64,000 nucleotides of DNA from contig JAQGDQ010000142.1 in assembly GCA_030141605.1 (NCBI GenBank), forward strand, positions 310,001 to 374,000, in the 5' to 3' direction. The DNA is from Tubiluchus corallicola (taxonomy: Eukaryota > Animalia > Priapulida). Below are positions 22,921 through 64,000 of the stretch, piece after piece. Position numbers and translations under genes: made by a program. Below the pieces are notes generated by a model. The model did no database searches. It worked only from the letters and a program-made list of their open reading frames with translations, and was not told the DNA's origin. Position 1 is the first letter of the stretch. Every line of letters begins with the position of its first letter.

Positions 22921-25048
22921 GATATGCTCATTACGCCTATCACAGACATTGGGCATGCAAAGTAAAAGAAATCTACCCTCAAGACAGACAAGACAAGAAC
23001 TGGCTGCAGTCAGCCCAGAAAAAAATAGAAAATATATGCCAGTGCTAATATATAAAATGGCTCGTCGGCACCACTTCCGAAGTCCAACAATATTTTATGC
23101 ACGGCCTATTTTCAATAACATTTTTCTTATTAATGATTTGTCTGTTATTGCTGGACGGTGATTTCCTGTCTCCCTGAATATACGAGGAGCATGATAATGT
23201 TGTGACATTCGTGACAGGAAGTGACAGAAATAAGGCACGGTGCATTATATTGCCTCTGCAACTTCCGCTTTTGTTCTTTATGAATCTAGGAGGAGATGAA
23301 CTAGAAGCAAACGTCGCTTGTTCACATGGCCAGTGGCGGCAATAAGTCTGATCCGGCGTTGTTTACCAAAGCACCATTTTATCTTTGCCCGGTCGGCTCA
23401 TGTAAACATGAACAAAACAAGGCAAACAATAACAGCACAAAATGGCCACTTTACATTCAAAGAAAGAGTCCAACATTTGACGTGGCATCTACAAATCTTG
23501 TCGTGATGAGCCACTGAACTAGCATTTAAATGAAAAAGAAACTCAGATTTTGATTATTCTTTGTGTACGTAACTTAGAAAACAGTCCTGCGTGAAGTCCT
23601 CTAGATTTTAACATATAGGAGAACTTACCTGAGCAAGAAAAATGAAAGATGTTGCTGAACAGAAAAAAGTTTTGGTCCAAGAATGGGGCAAAATTTTCGC
23701 AAAATGAGGTTAATTCAGTTATTGATCTATTCTGGCCTAGACTAGGGAAAGTTATCGAAATGTAGGGAAAGCACACAGAACAATAGTTATGTAGATAAAG
23801 AAATATCAAAAGTGGAGTTTCTTTTTCATTTAAAACAGTAATTATTGGAAAAAATTCTTTTTTGTTATAGAAATACAATTTTAAAAATCCTATTTTTAAA
23901 AGGGTCTATAAAAATAAAAGATAAAAGTTACAACTAGTTTTCTTTTTGTGTATAAAATAGAGCAATATATTCAGTTAAATTTTTAAGCCTTTTGGACATA
24001 TGAGTTACTAAGTGCCTTTGAAGTTACCTAATGTTTTGGTGATTAAGTACTGCAATACACACAGTCTGCATGGGTTCTTAGCATTCTATTATTATATGCC
24101 TATGTATCTTTCCTCTATACTCACTGCTCTATTATCATATGCATGTTAACAGTAATCCACTTACTAAGTGTCGAGTGTCCATGTTGTCAATAAAAAGGTC
24201 ATAACAATTGTTTTACGTGCACGTACAGTTTTTTGTCTGCCTCAGAATAAGTTTGTGAAAATACTTGATTGTACATGATTTACATTCAGTATAAAATTTT
24301 GATGTCTGCGTTTCAATAGATTATATAATTTATTCGCAACTTTTATTCTTTTGATCTCGCAGAATGCTAGCGTTTGTCACATAAGTGTGTGAAATTTGGG
24401 ATGTGTAAGTGTTGTGCATTTAACTGTTCATCCCTGGTGAAGTATCAGCGATTATGCTCTCCTATCTGAGACGTTATGTCTTTTAAATTTTGTTGTTTAT
24501 TGCAATAAACAACCTAGCTATGGTATTTATTGTCATAACAATCTCAGGGGTGGAATTCACAGCACAACAACATAATTATACAGAAACTCACAACACAGAG
24601 CCATTGCGTCATAGCGAAGGTAGCCATACGACATGTAGTTTACACATACATAAAAAAATAGAACAGTTTAGTATGAAATCGCGCGGAAAGATTACAGTAA
24701 TGTATCTATAAAACACGTAGGTGTTTAAATAGGTAAATAAGTACATATACAACTAATACAAAAACCGTATTGCAAAACCCTACAGAATTAACGAGTCATA
24801 ACCGATGATAATTAATGGAATAATTTAGATGCCATATCTATTTATAAGCGGGAAAATGCGATTAATAACCTCAAAATCATAAAGCTAAATTATCAACATC
24901 TCTCCACACCTTCAAATTACATAATTTGTGCAAGCTCTAGAATGTCAATAATTAGGACAATTGTTGTTGTTACGCGTATAGAAGATGAAACCCTACCCAG
25001 CCATAATCAGTGTTCTAGTAAACATCACGTGACTTACAAGCAGCCTAA

Positions 25049-25231
25049 ATGGCTTCCCGGGTTTCGCCAAAGAGAACTTCATCAGCACAGGAAGAACAAG
25101 CTGTGTACTATCAGCAGGTGATTGAGTACATGTGTATGAAGCCATTACTTACACCGCGCCGGAAGAGACGACCATTTGCACCTAGGCGTGTTCATTTAAA
25201 GGCGCCGCGCGTACCGCGCCTGCGAAGCTGA
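25049..25231 (+). CDS. Candidate 60-aa basic small ORF, unknown function
   Basis: AAATGG start context, CpG/GC-rich relative to the flanks, Arg/Pro-rich C-terminus, TCACGTGAC E-box just upstream. No homology recognised. Confidence 0.3.
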   Translation: MASRVSPKRTSSAQEEQAVYYQQVIEYMCMKPLLTPRRKRRPFAPRRVHLKAPRVPRLRS

Positions 25232-26129
25232 TGGACTAAACTTTGAACGCGAAACCAACCATTGAATGTGAAACGAGTGTCAAATTTAACAATGCTTAAC
25301 TTCTCCACCGAATTTTAAAGACAAAAAGGAAAAGATATTTACGGAGTGAACAAAGATGCGCTGCAGTGTTGCGTTTGCGTGATCATGTCACATTATCTTC
25401 ACAGTAGGTGACAACTGTCTTTCACGTTTCAAGGAAAGAAATGTCGAACAAAGACTCACTCTCACGCCATATTCGTACAAGAAGATGTAAACGACATTCT
25501 CTGTAAAGAATGTGATTTCTTGTTCAGATAAAACAACCGTTTTTTAGATATTTCACATTGTGATAGCAAGAAGTCGTTTTTAAATATTGTATTCTACATT
25601 GTTTCGCGTTTACATAAACACTCGTACACGTTCTGATTTGTTCAGTTTGAAGAGGAACTTTGTGATGGACGACAACATTATTGTTGGTGTAATAATGGAG
25701 TAATAATAAGACTTTAAAGACGAGAAAGTGTCGAAGGATCTACATAATTGTGTGGGAGCAGCTTCTGGTTTTTTGTGTCTGTAAGGTTAACTAGTGTGAA
25801 AGTATGTAGCTTTATTTTTTTGGCACTATGTGCACTTTGAGATTATTCGCCGAATTTACACAAAAGTAACATTATTGTGGACAGTGTTAAACAAATATAA
25901 AGTGCTTTCTTACTTACTTGTTAGTTTTAAATTAGCGTGTGAGGTGAAATGTGTTTGTTTCCAGTGGCATTTCCGGTGATAAAAGAAGACATTGGTAGTA
26001 CCTTGCTGTTTTTGTTTCTTGAACAAAACACAAAACGCAGGCAAAGTTACTTGTTCGTCTTAAGAGCTATATTCCTGCGGAGAATGAAACTGGGAAAGTG
26101 ATATTATGGTGCCATTTTCCTAGTACATT

Positions 26130-26498
26130 ATGGGAATGTGTGCAAGTGTTACTCATACGCGGATTCGTCCACAATCTGAACAAAGCGAATACGACACGCG
26201 TAAGGCCTTGAACGAAATTTTTGCAATGAACAAAGGCATTATCTTCAAAGAACAGACCAGTCACGAGGAACCATCCTGGGACGGTTGTACGTCTCACATG
26301 TACCCCAGGTTAGGGACGAGCCGAGGGTCGCCACATTCAGTCGGCATGGGGCTCATACACATAGCCCACGTGACTACTGATCTTACGGGGAGTTTTTTGT
26401 ACAATCATAAACTAGACAAAAAGAAATCGTACAAAAACACAAAAGCTTCAGGCTCAGCTGGCGTAGAAGAAAAACAGGCAAAGTCTATGACAAACTAG
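26130..26498 (+). CDS. Candidate 122-aa orphan protein with N-terminal MGxCxS acylation motif
   Basis: Non-repetitive ORF starting MGMCAS, with acceptor-like TTTTCCTAG 6 nt before the ATG and a Lys-rich C-terminus. No family recognised. Confidence 0.45.
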   Translation: MGMCASVTHTRIRPQSEQSEYDTRKALNEIFAMNKGIIFKEQTSHEEPSWDGCTSHMYPRLGTSRGSPHSVGMGLIHIAHVTTDLTGSFLYNHKLDKKKSYKNTKASGSAGVEEKQAKSMTN

Positions 26499-26733
26499 CG
26501 TGTGATGTGCGATAAATTTGTAAAAACTGACATACTATTGTACATGTAACATATCGTTATAATTATTTTCTTACAAGTCTGTACATACGTATTTTGAACA
26601 TCTACATGTATATAATCGAGTAATATTGATAACAGATTCGTAAATCAATTTAAACGATTTGTTCTAAAGTTTCGTTTTCTGATTTTCCTGTTTTGAGCAT
26701 AAAATATATAAAAAAAATTTACTTTTTTTAAAT

Positions 26734-28239
26734 TAGGATAAAGTGCCTATAAAACCCATTGTGCCCAATGCGCCCATCTGCCAATTTTATGCAAATTACT
26801 AACTGACACGTACGCAAATTAACATTGCTTTATTGCGCATGCGCTTTCTGATTGTGAACAGTGCAAAAGAGGAGTGCAGAAAAAAGAGGGTGCACAACAC
26901 TTTAAGGTTTTTAGATTGTTGGAAAAACATTACTACCCATAATTCCTTAATTTAGTTGTTGTTATTGCATGTTTTTTAACGAATATCTTTTTTTAGAATG
27001 GCAATTTGCTCAAAGCCCACCCTTGGTGTTTCTAAAACTCACCAGGATGAGCTATTTATGCACAGTGAATTATCCAGCTAATTATACATCCACCATCATT
27101 GATTTTCAACTTAAATTGGTTTAGATACTTATGTTTTATTTAGACAAAAAATTGATAAATCGACTAAAATAAACTAATAAAAATGACATAGGTTGAGTAA
27201 CTATCACTTCCAGTCTCAATGAAGTCAACGTTAAGCGATTACAAGGCTCTTAATTTTAACTTTACAATACATGTATATGAAAACGTTGCTTCTGGATGAA
27301 CAGTGTCTACCAAGAGCATCTAAACAATAGATTGCCTTACAAATTAATTAGTTTGTTTTAACACAGAGCTTTTTGAATGATTGGTAATCAGTAACGGACT
27401 TCACTAATAACTAATCGCTAATAGATTAACTTTGTTCTGTGTTTTTGGGCCAGTATCTGAAATTACGGAATTTTGGGTGGTCATTCGGTTAGTTTTCGCC
27501 CATCAAAACCCTTATTAAATTAAATCCATAATCACAACGCCTTTACTTTGCTATTTATAAATAATTCTGCATTGTGTTTTTCAACTGTAAATCGCTAATT
27601 TTGTATGATCGGTCAACATTTTTCTACGCATGAGTTTCTACGCATTTCACGAATATTAAAAGAGTTGTTGTACAGAACTAAGAATACAGAATTGCAAAAT
27701 TAAGACATACTTGTGCAATTCAAAAGTTCTAATTCACTATTTTGATCACGATTACTGTCTTAAGATTATTAAACTCTAACATTAGTTAATGTGCCACATA
27801 AATGTAATTATGTTTTAAGGCTGTTAAATTACAGATCGTAAAAGATTACAAACTGTGTGGCACTGCTGTTAGATGACACTGCCGTTATTTCGTCTACTAT
27901 GAATTTATCTTTCGTTGCAGAGAGCTTTATATGAACATTTTACTTATTGCAGTTGGCGTTATGGAAACTACATAACCTTATGACAAAAGACTATAATAGG
28001 CACTTTGGTAACACAAGGTGTGCTTTATATGAACGACATTCCCCAAGGGATCAATTTTGATCACAATTATTTTGATCGAATAATTTAAAATTTTAGATTA
28101 ACATAGACTGGAATTGATAGCAAATCAATTTTAAAGATCGTTTCCTTAAATAATAATAAATAACAAAAATTTATGCAACCGACAATTTTTTAAAAACATT
28201 CCAAACCTCAAGTGGTTCGCTATGGGACACTTTACCCTA
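26734..28239. mobile_element. Non-autonomous DNA transposon (~1.5 kb) with TA-flanked imperfect TIRs
   Basis: Left TAGGATAAAGTGCCTAT and right ATGGGACACTTTACCCTA (reverse complement TAGGGTAAAGTGTCCCAT). No ORF inside. Confidence 0.5.
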
Positions 28240-29764
28240 ATCCCTCTTTTGCATAACCAAGTCGTCGAACTTTATTTTGTACCGTTAAATCATAGTGAAA
28301 TATTGTTTACGTCGACTACTGTTGTACTGAAAACTAGTATAGTAGATGGTGGTGATATCAAAGAAAACTGACAAGAAAATCAATCGTAGCGCTTCCATGA
28401 TCAGTCAAACAGTTGGTAGAATGTTTGCGCGTTATTGCCCACTAATGCGCAGAGTCGTTTGAGTTTGAGTACCACTGTCTGTTAAAGTAAGTAATGTAAA
28501 GTAAGTTTGACAGGGCGGTGTTCTTTCACCTTGGTTGTTTTGTTTGTAAATCCGTTCTTGGCTAAATAAGCTGTCTAAGAGAACTAGTGACAGAAGTCGC
28601 CTTCACAATATTGTTTTAGCTACTTGCTTAGAAGTGGAGTCTTGAACTTCGGTAATATTATTTTATTTAATGTAGTTCACCGCTTTGACGTTTTTAGCCG
28701 TTCAGCTTGTCTATCGAAGTGAAATTTTGTTGGAGTAAATAACCTTCTAATTAATGTTTTTAATTTTTGTCTGTTTTAGTGACATTTTAATTATTTAATT
28801 AGTTCTAATTATAAGTGTATATGCCTTTATTGCTTAATAACATAACCTCATTGAATAATAAATAAATGGAATAACAGGCGTGTTCTTCGTACTTGCTACG
28901 CTCACGATGTACGCTGAAATGCGAAAATGGCTGCTTCGACAACTCAGTGTGTAACTAAGCAACGTACAAACTTTTCACGTAGTGTGAAACCTAGGTGACA
29001 ATGACTATTTTCGCTTCCTTCTTAAGGGTTTCCATGACATTTTTGCACATTCTAATAAGGTTTATTCTCAACATTTTTTGTTATAAAAAGCTGAATTATG
29101 TGCTCTGTGACATGTTGAGCTGCTCGAGGTTTCTGAAACGAACACAATTGGCTAAATTATACGTGTCTGCCTCAAAGCAGAAGAAGCATTTTCCGTAGCT
29201 TCCAAGCCATGTCATTAGCGCACCTGCAAGATTTCTACAGTGAAAAGCGTGAGAAGGAAGCAGCAGTTGGATATTAAATTAACGTTAAAGACATTTGTAG
29301 AACAAACTTTGAAACGCGCGTCAAAGAGATGTTATCTTATTAGCTTAACTATGCTGCCTTCAACGCGCCGCGATAGAAAGAATTTTGATAGTCAAGGCAG
29401 CACAAAAGTTTGCGTTTTCTTAAGACTGCATTACTTTAAGAAAAATTCAAAGACAATGTACTATCAAAATAACTTTAAAATCACCACTGCTTGGAATTGT
29501 TAGATTAACAGCAAAAAATGATGTTGCAAGCTCGGGAATCGAGCCCACAACCAGCTGAAGACGTCTGCACCTCTTTTTGTCAGATTATAATAATTACTAT
29601 AATTCTTTTTAGCAGAAGTATCGTTCGGGATCTATTAAACGTTAAATTACAGTGAAATGTTAAAATATATACAACAAATTAAAATACTAATCGACTTAGA
29701 AATTATATAATTAAGTATTAACTTAATAACGGCTAATTAACAGAAAGAAAATGCGATGAAAAAT

Positions 29765-29825
29765 TGTGGACCAAGCAGGATTCGAACCCATAACCTCTTG
29801 TGTACACAGTAGGCGGCTTATCAAG
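29765..29825 (-). mobile_element. tRNA-derived SINE head or tRNA pseudogene
   Basis: B-box GGGTTCGAATCC on the minus strand; no full cloverleaf. A similar remnant lies at about 29525-29560. Confidence 0.45.
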
Positions 29826-30933
29826 ATTTCTATCATACAAGCACAACCCAAAATATTTTTTCTTTTGTGTATGTTTTACTTTATATGTAATGTATTTTAT
29901 TAAGCATAAATTATAATTTTTATATTGTGTGTCTATACGGCATCAAGATTCATCCTTACGTAATTAATAAATTGAAATACGTAACAGTTCTGAAGACAAG
30001 TTTCTGTTAGATTATTACTTTTTTCTACAGAGAACGGCAGTCGTCAGTCAAGCCAATGGGTTATAGTAAGAAAGAAAAGCCAGAAAACTAGAATTACTAT
30101 AACCATTTTACTTTCAAAAAGAAATATCCATTGATGTTTTTTAAAGCAACTGATGCTTATAATCAGCAACGAGGCAATTTTTGCTGAAAATTTTTTATAC
30201 TGTAATATTTATTTTCAACAACCAACAAAATACCATTACAAAATTTATCCAAAAAACACTCAATAAATAATATTTAGTTTGGCTGCCAGAATTTCACATA
30301 CAAGTGGTCCGAGAGAAAGAAACTAGATTCATAAGCAACTCTACTAAGTTCCAATACATTCACAGAGTCACATAACGTATGACTAAAATTTTAACTAAAT
30401 GAATAAATTACAAAGCTACGTTAAATGACTCTGTTTTTATGATATCACTTACAAAACTGTTAAAATATAGACCTAATTAAGAGTACTAATTGATACTTTA
30501 TTACGAACAGAAGATGTCGCTGAGAAATGTATCAGATTTCACGCGTTTTGTTGCTGCAGTGAACGCCACCTGACGATGAAGAAGTTGTCCAGAAGCCCTA
30601 CGTACAGACAACTCATCAAACCTACAAAAGTCTAGGTTTAAGCTGTAGTGTCTCTTTCGTGCAGCTGTCCTGCTTCGCTAGTTTTTCATGGGCTTATGTA
30701 GCAATGGATAAATCATAAATTTAGCTGATATCATACTTCAGTGCTGTTCGTTACAAAATACAATGACTTGCCAGTATACACCCAAATTAGTAATAAATCA
30801 ACATTAGCATTACATTTAGAGATAGTAATGAATTAATGGGCATGCTGAGTGTTAATCACAGCAGCATTGTGACTAATATCTCATACTGGAATTACCAAAC
30901 AACCATTAAGCAAACCGGAAGTATCAACAGCCA

Positions 30934-48266
<17,333 letters not shown>

Positions 48267-49033
48267 GTTAAGTTGTTAATCATCATTATAACCGCTTTCG
48301 CGCGTACCTGCAGCACTGTGGGCAAATGTTAGCTCATTTGAAGCTTCCCAGATACTGACACAACAAAATCATTACAGACCAGAAAACAAAACTCCCAAAA
48401 ACACTAATGCAAGTAGAGAATGTCTTTCTAATCGATAATCAGTAATATATATTTTGATCAATAATCCGTTATAGCTAAATGCTAGTCAACTTCTAGCCGA
48501 GCTGTACTTTCACACGTCGATGTTTTTTTCCATTTCTCTCGCCAGCGATTTCCATGTTCTAGCTTCAACTCAACCAGAAACTGACCCCAGGTCTGCGGTC
48601 AAACCTCAAGCAGCTGAGCTGATCGTCCATACAACCTCTATGGATCATCAAGCACGAATGTAGTTACCCGCCACTAATATTTTACGCTTGCTGAGTTCCT
48701 GCAGTTGGAGCAACAATTATAATGCTTTAAAAACGTACAATTTTACATGTCTTAACGAAATCACTACGCAGACAAACGGTAAATCACACCAGCTATGATA
48801 AGAATAAATGGTCGATTACACCTACCTTCCTGCTAGGAGGACTTAATGTAGAATAAGTGAAGACAGATATCTTTTGTTAAAAATCACTGTCACGTACTTT
48901 TAAACGCGTGAAAAACGCATTTCATAAACAAAGCAGATTCCCGGGCTGATGATATTCATATAAACATCAAATGCCGTGACAGAATAATGTATTTTTCACT
49001 TGTAAATAATTTTTTAGTGAAACAGTTAACTAG

Positions 49034-49250
49034 GTAACTAGGTAGGAAGGTAGGTAGGTAGGTACATAGGTAAGTAGGTAGGTAGGTAGGCAGGCAGGCA
49101 GGCAGGCAGTTAGGTAGGTAGGTAAGTAGTTAGGTAGGTCGGTAGGTAGATAGGTAGGTAGGTAGGTAGGTAGGTAGGTAGGTAGGTAGGTAGGTAGGTA
49201 GGTAGGTAGGTAGGTAGGTAGGTAACTAGGTGGGTAGGTAGGTAGGTAGA
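49034..49250. repeat. (GGTA)n/(GGCA)n array
   Basis: Seen directly. Confidence 0.95.
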
Positions 49251-49817
49251 CAGATAGTATATCTACACAGACCCACAGACAGACTTACAGATACATGAAT
49301 AGTTCATTTATTAAAATCGAATTATAATTTTATATTGAATATAATTTGTTGCATAGAATCAGAACAAACAAAAATAAACAACTCCGGAAAACTGATTTGT
49401 GCATCACAAATCTATAAATTATGAAAATAACACTATGACTATGACTTTACCTTTTACTACCTTGCATTTTTTCAACAAAATTTAAGAAATTAGCTAACAG
49501 GTTTTTGTGGTTATTTGCCCACTGTTTCAGCACTTAGTGAAGGGATTCAACCCTTTCAAACCTTACAGCCTATTTGTTGGACCAGTTTTTATCATCGTGT
49601 TCATTATCCGCAGGATATGTGGTAGGGGTATCGGGCACTGAACTGTTAATAATCATTTTATGATATTTTTAGGCAATTTAATTTATGGAAGGATTGAACG
49701 TTACGATTTCCGCAAGGCATAATCATTTTTTATTTTGTCTTATCTGCGTGCTATATTAAATATACTGGTTCAACGTACTATATAATTTATATAAGTCCTG
49801 AAACTACCAACAAAGCA

Positions 49818-50143
<326 letters not shown>

Positions 50144-51931
50144 GATACTACATAGTAACATAGTAATTATTATGGAACCTGAAATGCACACAGGCAATGC
50201 ATATAGTTAATTATTTGCTAATTATTATTATTTAGTTGTTAAAGAATTACTTGTTATACATGTTAATTAAAATAATTTTATTAAAATCTTGTAATCCGTA
50301 AGTTAAATTACATTACATTAAAATACATTGAAGTTTAAATTACAATTAGGCCTAAATTACATTAAGATTAACCTTATTAAAATCCATTAAATCTTGGTAT
50401 TACATTGTCTACAGCAGTAAAAAATTGCATATTTTAAAACGTGTAGTACGGCAAAGAGGGAAAGGGTGCATCAGGTTCTTAGAAGTCTGCTGTCTTGACA
50501 AAAATTAAAAACGTTTGTGAAAGTACATTAATATATTTGCTTTAACACTGTTTTTAAAAAATAATAATATTAAAATAGCAAATTGTACATAAAACATTCT
50601 ACTCAAGGGAGCAGTTCGCGTACTCAGCCGTTCAACCGGAAAACATATTCGATATTGTAAATGTCCCATCACGCATTTATACTTGCACACCCACATGCAA
50701 AGTGCTGGTCATGTGTAGGCAGTCGAGTAACTCTTTGGTAAATTTACATTAACTTTAAACGCAAGTTGAAGTTTTTTTAATTAAAAGAACTTATCGTTAC
50801 TTAAAGTTTGGCAGTAATTTTATTAAATTTCATGCACCTAATGAAACGGGACATCGAAATTTCATTCTTCAACAAAACATTTTGTTCGGTTTTGCTCATC
50901 ATCATCTTAGGTGCTTCCGTTATGCAATGTAGCACCAGTCATAATTTGACTCCCCAATCTCTCTCACTCTCCTCTCCTCCTCTAGCGCTCTTTCTTTCTT
51001 TCTGTCCTTTCTCCTTCTATCGCTTTCTGTCTCTCTTTTTCGCGCCAAAATTTCGTGACCCATGCTGCCTCCAAGAGGCAGATACCAGACAGCAGCCTTG
51101 CAGATGAAACCAACCAAAGGCAATCTCCAGTACGATCACCTATCCATACTGTAGGCACTAAACATTGCTATAATAAAATACGTGGGCCTACATCGTACGC
51201 AAACTGAATTACTGGGAAAAAGCAAGGGATGGGATGAACTTTCTAGGCGTCTCGCTTACTGCTACTCCCAGTGATTGAGCTCTTGGATGTGGCCTCCTTT
51301 GGCTTCTAAGCAACGCTCTTGTTGTCAAGAAACACAGACGGTGGAGAAGCCAGCGCTCTGCTGGAAAAGCAACTGGTATTAACGATATTGGAGTTGCAAT
51401 GTGCCTTATAATGGATGCTTATTGAATCTGTTTAGACAGGATTCGTTTAGCGCAGAAAACGTGTTTTACAGTAACTTCAGTTCAAATACGATTTCTTGCA
51501 ATGATCAGCTTTGAGTGAATCACTACAGTATGTAGTCTAAATTATTATTACACGTATTCTAAGTATAAAAAAGTACGTAGTGTGCTCAAAGTAGCTGCTA
51601 ACACATTGTCAATACTATATCAGCAAGCTTATTTACGTGCCCATGGGTAAATTTAAACAGTGTGTTAGCTTTCGGAAATGAGCAAATTTCGTTTCTAGGT
51701 AACTTGCGTAAAGTAATTACGTTTTAGTGATTTCCAGTGATACGTATTGACATGATTGTTAGTAACATCTTTCTTTTTATGTTAATACGTTGTATTTTTA
51801 CCAACATTGCCGTGTATTTTGTGTTATACTTTAGCAAAATTTGTAAAGTAATATTTGTGTCCTTTTGTAATATTGCGCGTTGCACATATCGTTGTTATGA
51901 AGGTACATGTTGCTACTGCTACTGAAAAATT

Positions 51932-52002
51932 GTGGTCTTGTCGGGATTTGAAACCCAGACCTGGGATTAGTACTTCCATTTTCTAACACCTGAGCTACCA
52001 AC
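51932..52002 (-). mobile_element. tRNA-derived SINE head remnant
   Basis: Minus strand GGTAGCTCAGGTGTTAGA...GGGTTTCAAATCCC, with A and B boxes. Confidence 0.5.
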
Positions 52003-53292
52003 CAACATCACAGCTTTTAGTTTTTTATTTGAATTTTTACCTTTAAAATGAGCCGTATGACTTCTTTACAAGTTTCTGTTCATATAAATAATTTTTTTAG
52101 TAATTGTTAAAATTTTATATTTGTGTTTTGCCTGGTGAATTGCACGAATAGAGTAAATCAAATGTTTAACTATGGAACTTATTAAACGAACTTGTGTGCG
52201 TGCATGTATCATGCATATGTGTGCGTGCGTGTGTAATGCATGCGAGTATATTGCATACATACGGACGTAACATCATCATAACAGTAACAATAGCTTTCAA
52301 GTTAATTTTTCATGAGGTTAGAAGAAGTGTATTAAATATTAACATATGATCTAGAAAAGGAAACCGACTCAGTTATTAATGTAGGACGAGCATAAATAGA
52401 ACACAACAAATCCAAGCACAGTAGATTTCCAGCTTATTTTCTGCTGATAAGAATACTATAAAAGCTAGACCAAGCCAAGTATACTTTATTTTAGTTTCAA
52501 ACAACCAATTCTCGTATGATGAACTAGGCAAATTTTTATATTCGTTTTAAACTGAGTTTCCGTGTAGATGAATAATTCACCTATAACATATATATATATA
52601 TATATATATAACACCTGTTTTATTACAGTTAATAGCTGTTGCTATATTTTTGAATTTTTTAACGAAATCATTTATTGATCTCATCAGTATTTTGTGTCCA
52701 TGTAAACTTATTTAGTTACTGTTTGCTGAATTCTTGTTTTCGCACAACTGGTTTCTGCTTGTAAAAGTGCAAGTGTTTTTAGTTTCAGTAAATTCTATTC
52801 TTAGTAACACTTTTAAAATTATTAAAATATTGCTATGATATCCTAGAATTTTCTATGAGTTGCTTAGACATAACCTAGCAGTTGCATCTATCCGAAAGTA
52901 AATTAAAAGGTAAAAAGTAATTTGAAACGAATATATTAATTATACACTTGCTAGCTGAATAGAAGTATTTGAAACGTAAAATTAATCGACCGATCAGTTG
53001 TATCATGTTTAGATCGCTCACACACGTTCAACTCAAGTAAGAAGATTAATGGCGAGTGTTAATCTAATTTTGTTGTACTTATGGACTTCCAGATGAACAT
53101 CAGAATTCAAGAAATCTCGAGCCTGCCGGATACTCTGTTGATGAGCCTACAACGTTCTCAAGTATCACCTTTCAAAGGAAAATAGTCGTTCATTACATTG
53201 CTGTTGTTTTTTACTGCTTGCGGATGCTGCTATGTAGTAAAATTCGCTAGACAAACATCACTACTGCTATTGTTACCGTCGCCATCATCATC

Positions 53293-64000
<10,708 letters not shown>

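Noticed and set aside
23097-23177. Signal-peptide-like MHGLFSITFFLLMICLLLLDG
   Set aside because: Very short frame in T-rich sequence with only a weak donor; overlaps a longer alternative frame.
29240-29503. 87-aa GTG-start ORF
   Set aside because: No ATG, no recognisable motif and no consistent exon partners.

Overview
AT-rich, intron-rich genomic DNA from an animal, most likely a bilaterian invertebrate. There are no prokaryotic features and no CRISPR array. Splicing by hand at GT-AG sites with consistent phases gives five protein-coding genes: two tandem cytosolic sulfotransferases (+, 6 coding exons and 317 aa each, 2553-6652 and 9695-15741); a convergent two-domain rhodanese/3-mercaptopyruvate sulfurtransferase (-, 4 exons, 294 aa, 17325-19982), whose last exon also survives as a dead copy at about 8.0-8.1 kb; a divergent 10-exon Fringe-family GT31 glycosyltransferase (-, 321 aa, 30934-48266) that the ORF track shows only as scraps; and the first 13 exons of an NWD1/NWD2-like DUF4062-NACHT-WD40 gene (+, 53293 to the window end). 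Introns and spacers carry L2/CR1-type LINE fragments, four copies of a deleted Tc1/mariner element, hAT-like MITEs, tRNA- and 5S-derived SINEs and many microsatellites. The best leads are: the catalytic DDD exon of Fringe enclosed by a ~225-bp inverted repeat; a compact sulfur-transfer cluster whose enzymes carry substitutions at key motifs; and candidate orphan small ORFs at 21.8-26.5 kb, one beginning with an MGxCxS dual-acylation signal. None is proven to be a new system. Family assignments and residue roles come from motif recall, not database searches.
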